Shown piece after piece: positions 25,757 through 41,600 of a stretch of 64,000 nucleotides of DNA. The first letter of the stretch is position 1; each line of letters begins with the position of its first letter. The translations under genes and the position numbers were made by a program. The stretch covers positions 63,253 to 127,252 of the forward strand of contig CALSCP010000905.1 in assembly GCA_943704425.1 (NCBI GenBank), in the 5' to 3' direction. The notes under the pieces were generated by a model, which saw nothing but the letters and a program-made list of their open reading frames with translations, ran no database searches and was not told where the DNA came from. The stretch is from Ministeria vibrans ATCC 50519. Its lineage: Eukaryota > Protista > Filasterea.

Positions 25757-26099
25757 CGCAATTATTAAAGTTTTATGATCGAATAAGTCGATTATCGAAA
25801 CTGTTATGATAAATGACAACAGTGTATAAAAAAAAATTGCATACGTCTCTGTCTGACGTGATATGTCATACATGATGCGTCATACGTTGGTCGTTGGAAG
25901 AGAAGTTGGTCTTCGATAATGATTTTGGAGAGGATTGCATCACCGCAAAACAACTTGTGATTTCTTTTTTTTTGATTTTTGATTTTTCAAAATATTAAAA
26001 ATAATCAAAATTCAAAAATTTCTCTTCTCTACAACTAAAGGAACCACACAAACCTAAAAACTTTTGTGGTGTGTCAGCGTTGTACAGAACCTCACACCC

Positions 26100-28973
<2,874 letters not shown>

Positions 28974-29242
28974 TTGCAGTGTGTGAGTCAGTGTATGTGT
29001 GTGTGTGTGCGTGTGCGTGTGTGTTTAGTCTGATTATCCTTTGAGTGTGTGTGTGTCGCAAAGGAATACCCCCCCCCCCCCCCCAAATGAGAAGAGCCAA
29101 ACCCCATAAAAATGAAAAAAATCAACGAAGATGACAAAAAAATAAACGATTAGAATCACAATTAGGAATCGAGTAGTATTATATTTTTTATTATTAGTAC
29201 ATTATATTGTACTTTACATGGAATGAAAGTGTTATTTCTTTC

Positions 29243-30213
29243 TCATCTCGAGTCGGCGAGATCCAACAAACGATGCGCGAGAGAGTCATTGCGGGACTGA
29301 AGGTGAGTAATCAGGTCAGCCTGACGTTCAATGAGGAGTGTTGTGAAGTTATCGTCGGCTGAGTACGGAACGAGTGCGGGCGAGTGTGTGCTGAGAGAGG
29401 CACTAGCGAGTTGGGAGGCAAGCGCCATGTTGTTGGCCGGGCGATGCTGCTGCTGCTGTTGTTGTTGTTGTTGGAGGTGGGTGCTGTCGACAACGTGGAG
29501 GGCGTCGGGAGCAGACGGTGTGCGGTTGAAGTCAGTCAGTCGATCTACGTATATTAGGGTAAAGTTTAGTTTTGTTATTTTGTTTTTAGTTTTTCTTGAA
29601 TTACAAAGGTAAAATATGACACTTGAGACGCACACGAGAAATTCGACAGTGACGACAATTTGAAGGACGTTGAGGCGACTGAGGGTGGATGCGGGGCGCA
29701 CTGGCTCCACTATGCAAGTATGAAAGGTTAACGAATATAATAATTGTGTTGCTGTTTATGTGGTGTGTGTGTGCTTACTTAAGACTGACACCGCCAGAAG
29801 GATGGCGTTGCCTCCCGAGAGGGCGGCAAACGGGATTTTGCGAATGGCGCGAGTCTTTCGGTAGAAACTCAAATAGCCATTGTGTCGCGAAACGCTGTTG
29901 AGAATTTGAAAATGGCCATTGTGACAAGAGGGGAGACGAGAGAGGACGCTTACCGGTGGTTGTACTGCATGACGCGATTGAGAAGAGCAACGGCGGCCCA
30001 GACAAAGGCGTGCAGCAAGCAGAGGAGCGGGAAGGGCGGGTCGCTGTTGATGCGAGTGAACGTCGTGCGGATGGGACACCAAACGACCACCTCCACGGCA
30101 ACGAAGATGACAATCTCCATGACGGCGAGCCAGACATTGGGAATACGCTGGTACTGCGCAAAGGACACGCGCCCGGCGACGCTGTCCAAGGCGACAGACG
30201 CTTCCGCACTCAT
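29243..30213 (-). CDS. TMEM192: TMEM192-like lysosomal multi-pass membrane protein (spliced)
   Basis: HAFVWAAVALLNRVMQYNH..GYLSFYRKTRAIRKIPFAALSGGNAILL..LQIVVTVEFLV..FNRTPSAPD..IERQADLITHLQSRNDSLAHRLLDL follows the TMEM192 pattern. The start codon is uncertain. Confidence 0.8.
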
Positions 30214-30770
30214 TCGTAAGGACGAGGGAGAGTGCGAGACGGACAGACAGACAGACAGAGAGGGAGAGAGAGTGTGTGTGTGTGAGAGTGAGTGAGTGAG
30301 AGTAGAGATGGGATGTGTATGTGTGAGTGTGTGGGTGAGTGAGGGGGACAACGATGAGAGAGAAAATAATAAAATTTAGTCGGCGATCACACTGAACCTT
30401 TTAACACCTTTTTCAACTGTATGAAGCGCTCCCGTTGATTTTTGTCTCACTTGGCTGCAAGTGCTGCGACTTTGGTGTTTAAATTCAAATGTGAAGCGAG
30501 TGTGTGTGAAACGAGTGCTGTTCAAGCGTTTCATAATATCAGCTGATAGAGAGCTGTACCGCTCCACTCGATCAAAATTCTCAAGTTAACATCTTACGAT
30601 GATAACGATGATTGGTTCTGATTGTAATAATAATTATTATTATATCAATAATAATTACTACTATTATTATTAATAATATTATATTTATACAACGGCCAGT
30701 GGAGAAATTCCTCAAGAAAAACTCTCTGGGACACACAAACTTGGGTGTTTCTTCTGCAGGTCTCAGGCGA

Positions 30771-31171
30771 CTATACGTCAGGGAAGGGCAGCTTGCGTAT
30801 GACACAGTCTTCCTTGGCAAGCCGCACCGCGTCGCGCATGATCCGACCAAAGTCCCCCAGATGCATTGTGGTGCTCGACTGTTCCGCACTGTACACGCGG
30901 TGACGCTGCGTCAGGTTCGCGTGCGGGTTTTGCCTATAATATTCATCACAATAATTTGTTTAGGGTATGCTTCTGTGACTATGGCTTGTTTTCTTTCTTT
31001 TCTTCTTGAACGTTGTTGCACACACACATACGTATCAAAACACAATTGTTGACGATATAACGAGTCATCTTATCTCACCAGAAAATGTAGGGAGCTCCGC
31101 CTTTGCGTCGACACGTCAGTAAGCGACCAAAACTAAAGGATTGAGACACACAATTAAAAGCCACACACACA

Positions 31172-31260
<89 letters not shown>

Positions 31261-32682
31261 GGGAGACACACGCACCCACACAAAAATCCACCCATACTAA
31301 TAATTCTTACTTTCTGATGTTCAAATACTTCTGGTCATACGGGGCAATTTGGACGGCAGTGGCGCAGGGGGGCAGGTAGAATCCATTGGTGAGACCGGCG
31401 CCGTTGACGCCAAAGAGGACGGTAAGCGAGCTCATTGTGTCAACTTGTTGCGCAAACGCCATTGTTTCAAAATGAAGCAGTTCAGCCTATAGACGTACTT
31501 GAGATGCAGGAGACACACACACATGCACTTTTTCTCTTTCTTTCTTGTGTACCTTCAGCTTGAGCGTGTTCTCTATGTAGTCGACGAGCTCTTGTTCATT
31601 AAGGAGCAGGCGAGTGTCACCTCCACGACTGACAATGCCCACTTTGAGGTGCGGGGCGGGCAACAGGGGCTCATGGACGCCCAGACTCCAGCGCATGAAC
31701 CGACTGAAGCGCTCCATGAAACCATTTTGCTCATTGCCCGTCTCGGCTGAGCCCCCCTGTGTTCCTGCGGGAGTCTGGTCGATGCTGCCAATAATGGCGC
31801 GTCGAAAACACACTGTGCCGTTGGGTGGGAGTGGGTCGAGCCACTCGGAGGTCGTGAGGGGCCGTGGGGGCACGTGGCCGCGCAGGGCGTGCAGCTGTGT
31901 CTGCCAGTACGGCGCAATGGGCCCTGCGCGCGGCTTGAACGCGTCCGTGTTCCACGTGACGGAGGGTAGGTGGGTGTGTCGGTCAAAGGAGTCGACGACG
32001 GCCGGGATGAGGAGGGCCTGGGGGCGTGCGAGTGCGTCGATCGGGAGCAAATTGAGTCGCTCGTACATGTAGAAAATTGCCATGAGTGTGTCGGTGTGCC
32101 TAAGAAGAGTGCGAGTGAGCACAGGTAAGGGGTATGTCGTTCCACGTACATGTGCCAGTTGTTAGCGCCGCCACGGTACGCAATGGAAGCCACGAGGGCG
32201 AGATCGTCGATAGTTTGCGAACAGGTCGCAGGCAACTCGCTGGCCGTCTCGATGCGAAACTTGACCTTGGCGAGCCTGTCGAGGCGCTCCGTGGGCGGCG
32301 AAAGGTTGTATTCGACCTCTGGCGACGCGGTGACGACGAATGTGCCGTCTTTGCGGAGGACAAGGGACGTAATCTCGCAGAGGGTGCCCGGCAGTTTGGC
32401 GTGCGAGCGACAGTCGACCTGCGACGGCGGCAGGGCGTTCACAGCGGCAATGGGCGCGTCGCGTTTGGCGTTGATAGCAGGGTCCTCAACAATGGGAGGC
32501 ACGGTAGCCGTGTGGAGGATGGGGGGCGGCGGAGGGCGCTGATTTTTGGCAATAGGCACATCATCCGACTGGCTCTGATCTCCGACCGGCTGACTCGCCA
32601 GACGCACCATTGAGCCCAGGATAACGAGACCGACGATGAGGAGGAGCAGAATCAAGCTCTTGTTCCATCGGATGACGGCCAT
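30771..32682 (-). CDS. GT61-family (DUF563; EOGT/POMGNT2-like) type II membrane glycosyltransferase
   Basis: N-terminal anchor [15 protein letters not shown]; ANNWH; VCFRRAIIG; [18 protein letters not shown]; [33 protein letters not shown]; YIFWQNP. TAG at 30771-30773. Confidence 0.85.
31181..31260. repeat. (GA)n microsatellite in a GT61 intron
   Basis: Visible dinucleotide run. Confidence 0.95.
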
Positions 32683-32821
32683 TGCAAATAGTTAATAGAC
32701 TGGATGGTTGATCAGAGAGACTGAGACTGAGAGAGAGAGAGAGAGCGAGAGAGAGTCGTATGCATAGCACCACAATGCGTGAGATTAGTACTTCTCACTG
32801 AATTCACACAAATTTCAAGTC

Positions 32822-33592
32822 ATGAGCGAACCGTGGGATCGCGTCGCGGTGGCGGCCGGTCGTGCGTACGCGTCCAACATGGAGCTGATGATGTCGGAGA
32901 CGGGCGAACGATGCCGGACGGATCCGCCAAGTGAGATTGGCGCTTGTTTTGCATTGGGCGCCAACGGAAAGATTGTGTGTCGCTTTCCTACAGCCGATGG
33001 AGAGCCATGTCGGTCACAGGGGTTTGTGGGCGAGGGTGTGGGGAAACACTTTACCATGCACCATCCCACGAGCAAGCACCGACTCGTCTGTGTCGTCTGC
33101 AATTCGTATGTTGGTGGGAACAACCTCAAACGTCACGTTGCTTCACACCACAGCAACACATTCACAGCCACCGTCATGGAACGCAGTCCGTTGGAGGACG
33201 GAGGGTGGAAGACGGTCTACCTGCGAGAGGTGCGTGCGGCATTGGAGCGCGACGGAGAAGAGGAGGACGTTGAGGGAGAAGTGGCGAAGGTGTTTGGTCG
33301 TGGCGAGTTCGAGCGAGTCCCAATGGGATTTGTGACTTGGTTGGCAATGGCACGAGGCGAGAAGGAGGATGAGGAGGACACGAGTGTGTTTGAGATGCTG
33401 GGGAATGGCAAGGTGCGATGTCGGTGTCGACTTGTGGACGGACGAGTGTGTGCTGGACTGGGATTTGCGCCTGAGTGGGTGGGGCATCATTTCTCGGGGT
33501 GCCATCCTCGGAGTGTGTTCCGCGTCAACTGTGTGATGTGCAAGGAGGATGTAGCATCAAACAGAAACGCGTTTAAGCGCCACCTGCTGCAA
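32822..33592 (+). CDS. Uncharacterised protein with a duplicated double zinc-finger module; truncated by the assembly gap
   Basis: Open frame from ATG 32822 to the gap, containing two copies of GK..C-x9-C-x12-H-x4-H P.S..R..C-x2-C..KRH. Confidence 0.65.
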
Positions 33593-34586
33593 NNNNNNNN
33601 NNNNNNNNNNNNNNNNNNNNNNNNNNNNNNNNNNNNNNNNNNNNNNNNNNNNNNNNNNNNNNNNNNNNNNNNNNNNNNNNNNNNNNNNNNNNNNNNNNNN
33701 NNNNNNNNNNNNNNNNNNNNNNNNNNNNNNNNNNNNNNNNNNNNNNNNNNNNNNNNNNNNNNNNNNNNNNNNNNNNNNNNNNNNNNNNNNNNNNNNNNNN
33801 NNNNNNNNNNNNNNNNNNNNNNNNNNNNNNNNNNNNNNNNNNNNNNNNNNNNNNNNNNNNNNNNNNNNNNNNNNNNNNNNNNNNNNNNNNNNNNNNNNNN
33901 NNNNNNNNNNNNNNNNNNNNNNNNNNNNNNNNNNNNNNNNNNNNNNNNNNNNNNNNNNNNNNNNNNNNNNNNNNNNNNNNNNNNNNNNNNNNNNNNNNNN
34001 NNNNNNNNNNNNNNNNNNNNNNNNNNNNNNNNNNNNNNNNNNNNNNNNNNNNNNNNNNNNNNNNNNNNNNNNNNNNNNNNNNNNNNNNNNNNNNNNNNNN
34101 NNNNNNNNNNNNNNNNNNNNNNNNNNNNNNNNNNNNNNNNNNNNNNNNNNNNNNNNNNNNNNNNNNNNNNNNNNNNNNNNNNNNNNNNNNNNNNNNNNNN
34201 NNNNNNNNNNNNNNNNNNNNNNNNNNNNNNNNNNNNNNNNNNNNNNNNNNNNNNNNNNNNNNNNNNNNNNNNNNNNNNNNNNNNNNNNNNNNNNNNNNNN
34301 NNNNNNNNNNNNNNNNNNNNNNNNNNNNNNNNNNNNNNNNNNNNNNNNNNNNNNNNNNNNNNNNNNNNNNNNNNNNNNNNNNNNNNNNNNNNNNNNNNNN
34401 NNNNNNNNNNNNNNNNNNNNNNNNNNNNNNNNNNNNNNNNNNNNNNNNNNNNNNNNNNNNNNNNNNNNNNNNNNNNNNNNNNNNNNNNNNNNNNNNNNNN
34501 NNNNNNNNNNNNNNNNNNNNNNNNNNNNNNNNNNNNNNNNNNNNNNNNNNNNNNNNNNNNNNNNNNNNNNNNNNNNNNNNNNNNNC

Positions 34587-34637
<51 letters not shown>

Positions 34638-34657
34638 TTCACACACTCCTTCCGCAG

Positions 34658-35019
34658 ATACCTCCAGCTACACCTCGCCGACAACACAACACAGGCGCTC
34701 GAGCCGGCGCTCACACTTGCCCTGGAGTTCATGGAGCGCGCGCTGAGCGACGACACAGCGCGCGTCCTCCTGCACTGTGCGGCCGGCGCATCACGCTCGG
34801 CCTCTGTCGCCATCTGCTGGCGGATGGCCACCAAGGGTACCCATCCACCGCTGCTGGTGTGTTCGTCGTGTGTTGGCACCTCATCTTCTTTGTTGTGTGG
34901 CAGGGGAGAGCTTTGAAGAGGCGCTCCAGCACTGCCAGCGCCAAAGACGAGCAGTCAATCCCAATCCGGGGTTTGTCGAGCAGCTTCGCAAAAGAGGGAC
35001 TGCAACGACCGGCGACTGA
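34658..35019 (+). CDS. Dual-specificity phosphatase, 3' exons (5' part lies in the gap)
   Basis: LHLADNTTQAL..FMERAL..RVLLHCAAGASRSAS (HCxxGxxR loop) | GESFEEALQHCQRQRRAVNPNPGFVEQL. Confidence 0.9.
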
Positions 35020-35104
35020 TACAAATATTATATTATTATGTTGTGTAGTACAAAGAGCGTCATGTGTATAATGATTGTAACAATAAAAATAAATTGAGGA
35101 CGCA

Positions 35105-38100
35105 CTATTTTGAATGAGGAGAGTTGGCAAGAATGGAAAGCCCCTCATCGACAATACTCGTGTTGTTGCTATTGTTCTGTTGTGCTGGGTAGAGCATCTC
35201 TCGTCGCGATTGTGACGATGCAGAGCCGGTGCGATCCCATTGTTTTCTCTAAGTGAGAGAAGGCGAGAAAGAAAGGAGAGAGGAAACAAACAAGAAAGGA
35301 AGAGTGTGAGAAGGGAAAGAGGAAGAAGACAGAAAAAAGTGCGTAAGTGAATGTAACAATGTGCGTCAGTGAAAGAAACAAAGTGCGTAAGTGAAATAAC
35401 GCGTAAGAGGAAGAAAAAAAAGTGCGTCAGTGAAGGAAACAAAGTGCGTAAGCGAAACAACACGTAAGAGAAAGAAACAAAGTGCGTAAGTGAAGGAAAC
35501 AAAATGTGTAAGTGAAAGTAATAAAGTGTGTGCAAATATTCCGTCTTTACCTTTTCTCCAGTGTGAAATTTCATACTGGCATAGGTGTCATCAAGACCGG
35601 TACTAAGTCCCAGAGTGCCCGCATCAACAGGAACGCGTTTGGTGCGCACTGAGGAGACAGCCGGAGGAGGATGCGCAGCAGAAGGAAGCGTGAGGGACGA
35701 CTGGCGGTGGTGGCGCACTGGGTGAGCCATTGGGTGAGCCGTAGGATGTGCCATAGGATACTGCTGTACTTGTGTGTGCTCGACTGCTTTGCGAGCTGTT
35801 ATCGCCTCTTGGAGTTTGGACTGTTCGCGTTGCAGCTGCTCACGAACCCGCGTGAGCTGATCCATCACACGAGACGTCTCAGTCACGCGATCATCGGCCA
35901 TTGCATAGTGTGCGCTCTCATTCCCATACAACTGACCCTGTTGCTGATGGAGTCGAATCAGTCGCTCTTCTTCGTCCACACGCGCCACTGCTTCCGCGCG
36001 CAGTCGTCGGCGTCGTCGCTCCGCCTCCACTTCACGCGAAAATGAATCGTCCACTCGAACACCAACTCCGACAACACTTCTCTCAGAGGGAACAGACCGT
36101 GCAGCAGACGATGGACGAGAAGAAGACGGAACACTCCTAACAGATGAGAATTGAGGCACAGCAGAAAAAGCAGCAGAGGAGGGAAGAGGAGAGTGCACAA
36201 CCGACTGTGACTGTGGCTGTGGCTGTGGCTGTGGCTGTGGCTGTGGCTGTGGCTGTGGCTGTGACTGTTGCGTCTCCTGTTGCGCCGCCTCTCTTTGTTT
36301 GCGCTGCACTTCTTCTCGTTCCGCTCTCTGTTTACGTTTCATCTCCAACACCTAACAACACACACACACACACACACAGACAGACACACATTCAGTCTCT
36401 CTCTTTCTATCTCTTTCACGCATACTCTCACTCGCTACCGTGAGTGTGCGTGTTTCTTCTTTTTATATATATATACCTTTTCCTGCTCGCGTGTGACTGC
36501 ATTCGACCGCTCTTCCGCCTCGCGTTGCTTTGCTCGTTCCTTTTCTTTTTCCTTCTCCCTCTCTTTCTCATACGCCTCTTTGATTGCCTTCTGCTCCCGC
36601 TCAATCCGCTCCATTTCTGCCTTCTCTTCTCGGCGCTTCTCCTCCTTTAGCCTTTCCCGTTCCCTCTCTCGCTCCCGAATTTGCGCTCGCAGTGCCTCCT
36701 GGTACTCCACCTGAGCCCGCCGCTTTGCCTCCTCCACACTCACTACCCCACCACTACCATTCATTCCCATGGCAACGGGTCCCGCATCTGCACTCATGGC
36801 TGCTGTCGGTGCCACAGTAGCCCCTGTGCCCCCACTAGCCATGTCTGTCGCCGTTGCCGTGCGCACATACACAGCCTGGCCCGTGCGTCCGTCGCGTCGT
36901 GGTGCGCCACAGCCCGGCTGTCCAAATGGGTTGTACTGCGCTGCCTCTGCATCCTTCGCTGCGTTGTAAGCTCGCTCTGCTTCGCGCTCCGCCGCCTCAC
37001 GTGCCTTCTTCTCCAGCATCTGCAATACGTAAAAATAATTGGGTGAGCGCGAGGATGAGTGAGCGTGGGACCTACTTGTTGCTGGAGTTGTTCGGCGTAG
37101 GAGAGTTTGCTGTCGTCGGAGCGTGGAAATTGGGGCTGAATGGGCTGTGGGGCACTGACCATGGGGGCCCATTGGGCAGTGGTGGGGGGTACAATCATGG
37201 GCACAGTGGGTTTTGTTGTTGTTATCGGCGCTGGTGGTGCCTGTTGGGCAACGAAGGCGATTGACGGGGGAGGCGGCTGGACCGGCGTGGTTGGTGTGTG
37301 GGTTGGAGTGGAGAAGCCGCTCGATTGGCGACGTCGCACGTTGGTGACGACGCGTCCTTGTGTGTCGCGTAATGGTGCTCCTGCTCCACCGCGACCAAAA
37401 GGAAAATAGTCGCCACTGGCGGCACTAGCGGCTGCGGCTGCGGCGTCGTCTATCATCTGTTGCCGTGTTCGCGTTTGAGGTTGCTGTTGTTGCGAGTGAA
37501 CCTGCCGTGGTTGGGAGTGGATGATCTTAAAGGATGGCGGTGGGTCGTCGTCGTGGGCAAAGACAGTCGATGTTTGGGCGGCAATGGCGGCGGCACGACA
37601 GGGTCGCATCATGTAGTTGTCGCCCGAACGATACAGGTTCTCTTCGGCGCGTCGGCTCGCTACCATCTCGTTGTAGGTCGCAGGCGTGGCGGGAGGTGGT
37701 GGGTTCATGATTGACCCAGGTTGGGAAGAGGCCGGGGCGGATGACATGGCCTGTGCAGTCTGTTGTGCGGGGCGAGATGAGTGAGGCTCGTTTGAAAACA
37801 AAACGCCTTACCGTTGCTCCTTGCTGCAACAAGTCGGCACGCTCTCGCTCGATCTCAGCCTTCTGGAAAGAGTGCAGAGAGTGGTTTAATGGACGTGCGA
37901 GAGGATGTTGGTGGAAAGGGAGGTGAAGGAGGGCGGAGACGGGGGTGATGCGATTCAAAATGACAGTTGGTTGCTGGGGGTGACGAGATAAAATATGGGG
38001 TGGAACGAGGGTAATGCTGAAGGAAGGGAAGAAAGGTGTGATTGGGAGAAACATGACAGGGCGGAGGAGGACGTTGGGAGCCCTTACTTGGTTGGCGATA

Positions 38101-38117
38101 AAGGTGTCAAGATCCAT
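35105..38117 (-). CDS. CSPP1: Centrosome and spindle pole-associated protein 1-like
   Basis: MDLDTFIANQ|KAEIERERA resembles the CSPP1 LDEFIEEQKA segment. Two YxPFGxxGxGAPxRD motifs are present, with coiled coils SYAEQLQQQ and YQEALRAQI..EREQKAIKEAYEKE. The last exon is approximate. Confidence 0.8.
35335..35520. repeat. Intronic minisatellite (unit approximately AAGTGCGTAAGTGAAGGAAACA)
   Basis: Several imperfect tandem copies in the last CSPP1 intron. Confidence 0.85.
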
Positions 38118-38675
38118 CTCGCTCTCTTTCTCTCTCTCTCTTCACAGCTCACTTGACTTGCACAATCTATGATCAGAAAAGGTGTTTGTATCCTATGACT
38201 CCTTGATTATCAGATTTTGGAGAGTAGAAGAAACGGCGATGAAGTGCAAAAAAGTTATGAGTATTGAGTAGGCTACACTTCTAATCATCCATGATCCAAT
38301 CACCAGTGATTCTGAGGAACATGAATTGAACGCCCTGCGTGATAAATCACAAACCACTACGTCTATCAGTTCTCACTACTCACTAGGTCTCATATGTGCA
38401 CCTCCCTGAGAGACCACATCGAATGAAAGTATCCATGAGTGTCTGCATGCATAATGCGTAATACTATTATAATATGTTGTTAAACTAAGCTCAATAAACT
38501 GTGTCAAATCACTCACTCACTCACTCGTGTTTCTTCTTTTCTCTTTGTCTGGTAAAAGTGGCAGTGGACAAATAATAATATGATATAAAATTGAAAATAA
38601 TTATGTGGGATAAAAGAATTAACTTCGTCGTTCACTATCATCAAATCATCGCTCTCCTTCTCTCTCCTCACTTGC

Positions 38676-41600
38676 TCACTTCTCTCCGCGCTTCGACGTC
38701 ACCTTATTCCCAATCGACAGGGCAATTCCCTTGAAAACAAAAAGACACACACACACACACACACACACGCAAAAGTCAATATCTGGTTTCTCGTTGCTTT
38801 TTCCCACACTCACCTGAGTCTTTGCACGAATTCGCATGTGACCCATAATCTTCCCATCGGCCAATCGTTCCAGACTCACATTCGCCAGTGCATCCTCACC
38901 AAAGATAGTCTACAGCAACAGCAACAAAAAATACCGATGAGAGATATTCACATGCACTTCGTTGCAAATTGACACACTTACGCGCGCAAAGAGATTGGCA
39001 GCAAGGAACTCACAGTCACCGGCAAGCATACTCTCGGGAGTGAGACATGCCATGTTGGTAGCCTGGAGCAGACTCTGCAGCTGCTCGTACAACGTCTTGC
39101 CCGTCGACTCGACAATGACAAGGTTCTCCCATTCGTTCTCCTGCCACAGGTCACGGAACTCGGTGATGGAACAGTGCGCCGGCTCAAGGTAGTCCATCAC
39201 GTCAATCTGAATGTCGTTGAGCACCACAATGTTACGATCGCTCGTAGACCCCACAATCTATAGAGGCACACTAAGTTTAGAAACAAACGGCGACAACTAC
39301 GTTTCTTTTCCACTTCTTACGTCGTAAACAATGTTTCCAAAGATAGCACCCATCTCGATAGAGCTGACTTTGACTGTTGCCTTGATGTTGAGGAAGTCGT
39401 GTGGCGCCAGTGTCTGTGGCTGCGGTCGCTCCGACAGCTTCAAATCGCCTCGCGTGGCCATTTCCAGTGTCAGTCCCTACGAAACAGGAAAAGACAATTC
39501 GCAGATGAGCCAATATTGCCTTATGGTGTTGTTTATGTACTGACCTGAAGCGTGTCTGCAGTCTGGTTCACGACGAGCACATCGAGCAGAATGTCGTACT
39601 GGTTGACGTTGACGTATGCCTCAGCGTACACCGGATCAGAGAAACCCGTCAGTTGCAGAACCTACAATGAAATACTATTAAAACACACTCCCTCTTTGCA
39701 CTCTCCCTCTCTCAGTCGTACGCGTGAAAGAGTGGTCGTGTCCGCCTTGTCCGCACGACCACCCGACTCGCCGGTGGCACGCAGCAGCGACTCCGCAAAC
39801 TCATCGACACCGCCCTCATCGCGCTTCATGAGCTGCTGAATGGCAATACAGTCGTCGGGATGCACGTCCACCACCACACGCTTTTCACCCGCAAGTGCAC
39901 CTGATTCGCCATCGCTGTTTTTCTTGGCAGCCTCCTGGGCCGTCAGCATTGCCGAGAAGGCCTCGCTGCACGACAAACAGAACATGGTTGCAATGCGCTC
40001 GCCGTCAGCATCACTTGTGCTTGTCAGAACCGAGGCACACACGCGCAGACGGTACAGACTGTCTTCATCAATGCGTGACTTGGGCAACCCACTTGTACCT
40101 ATCAAAAAAAATCAACAGATCAATTCCATTCAATTCATTCATTTTTTTATATACCCAAGTGCATGACAGAGGCAATGACAGAGAGTGCCTCGGCGGCAAA
40201 TCGGTTGCCCTCGGCAGCGGGAGCCACAGTGCGGTACTGAGTGGCAATCTTGGTAAGGGTTGTGGCGAGGACGGCACCCGTAAAGAAGTCGCCATCGAGC
40301 AGAAGCTTGCGCAGCGGCGGATGTTGCTTGACGTCCGAAAGAAGTCCGCCGTGGTGGTGCGTCGACGCGGTGGGACGCATGGTCATGGCACTCTGCGTGA
40401 TGTAAGTGCCGTCAGGTCCAATGAGGGTGCGCGCGGACTGCACGGGGGCCGCAGAGGAAGCGGAGGTGGGATCGTCTTCGCCGTTGACGGCTGCGGCAGC
40501 CTTGAGCTCCGCGTCGACAATGGGGAGAGTACCAATGGAGGCTCTGATGGCGGCCATGATGTCGGCAACACCCGTGGCAGTCATTTCGCAGTACTCGCCG
40601 CAGATCCAGAGAGCGGCGCGCATCACGTCGCCTTTGCGCATGCGCTGGAAGCTCTCAAGGAGCTTCTCCATGACCGTGGGACGCATTCCTTCAAAACGCG
40701 CCATGACCTCACGCACAAAGCGGATCACATCCACCGACGAGTTGGACTTGTTCACTGCCAGGTGGTCCTGCGACGGCGCAGCCGTCTCATCCTCATCGTC
40801 ACCCAAAAAATCCATCAGCAACGGCACGACAGCCGCAGCAACGTCGGGGAATCGCACGCCACACGTGTGCAGCGCACGCACCAGTGCCTGTCGGTACTCG
40901 CCCACTTTGTCTAAACAAAGAGAAACGACGTGATGAGCACGCTTGAATACATTCCCATTTTTTTCTTCTCGTTCTCCATACCGAAACTGTCGCTACCGTG
41001 GGTCTTACTGACCTCTTTCTTGAGCACCTGCACGACTTCGTCGACATTGCGGGGGGTCACCAGACGCATCACGACATCAAGAGTCTTCTTGCGCACTTCC
41101 ACGTCGGATGCAGCCAACAGACGCATCACATCCATGGTCATTTCCTAAGAGGGAGAAGGATGAGTAAGACCACTCGTAGTAGACATTGGCTTACCTGAAG
41201 AGCGCGTTCGAGAGAGGGCTCATGGAGAAGATCAATGAGTCGATCCAACACAATGAGTTTCACATTGTTATCGCTCTCTTTGATGATCAAATCAATGTAC
41301 GCCTAAGTCGAAAAAAAAAAACAAGTCAGTCCTAGTATCGTATAGTTTTTTTTCTCACTCTCTCCATCACTCAGTTTCTTTCTGCCTAACCCCCCCCCTC
41401 TTTGTCATTCTAGCTCTTACCTGAGCGGACGCTTTGACCGCAGTTGGAGCATGTGAGATGCTGACGAGGGTCTTTGCGGCTTCGTAGCGCACAGCGGCAC
41501 TGGAGGACTGCACAAGCTGGTAGACGACGCGGATGAACCGACCGCGTTCTTGAGGGTTCGCACGGCACACCTATTTAAAAATATATAGTAAGCACGGTCA

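Noticed and set aside
35335-35520. Repeat-spacer-like pattern resembling a CRISPR array
   Set aside because: Units are degenerate and adjacent with no unique spacers, the array is intronic in a eukaryotic gene, and no cas genes are present.
38160-38460. Possible C/D snoRNA (TGATGA/CTGA-like words) between CSPP1 and COPB1; similar at ~2828-2892
   Set aside because: Boxes are imperfect, with no terminal stem or recognisable rRNA guide. It would need Infernal/snoscan support.
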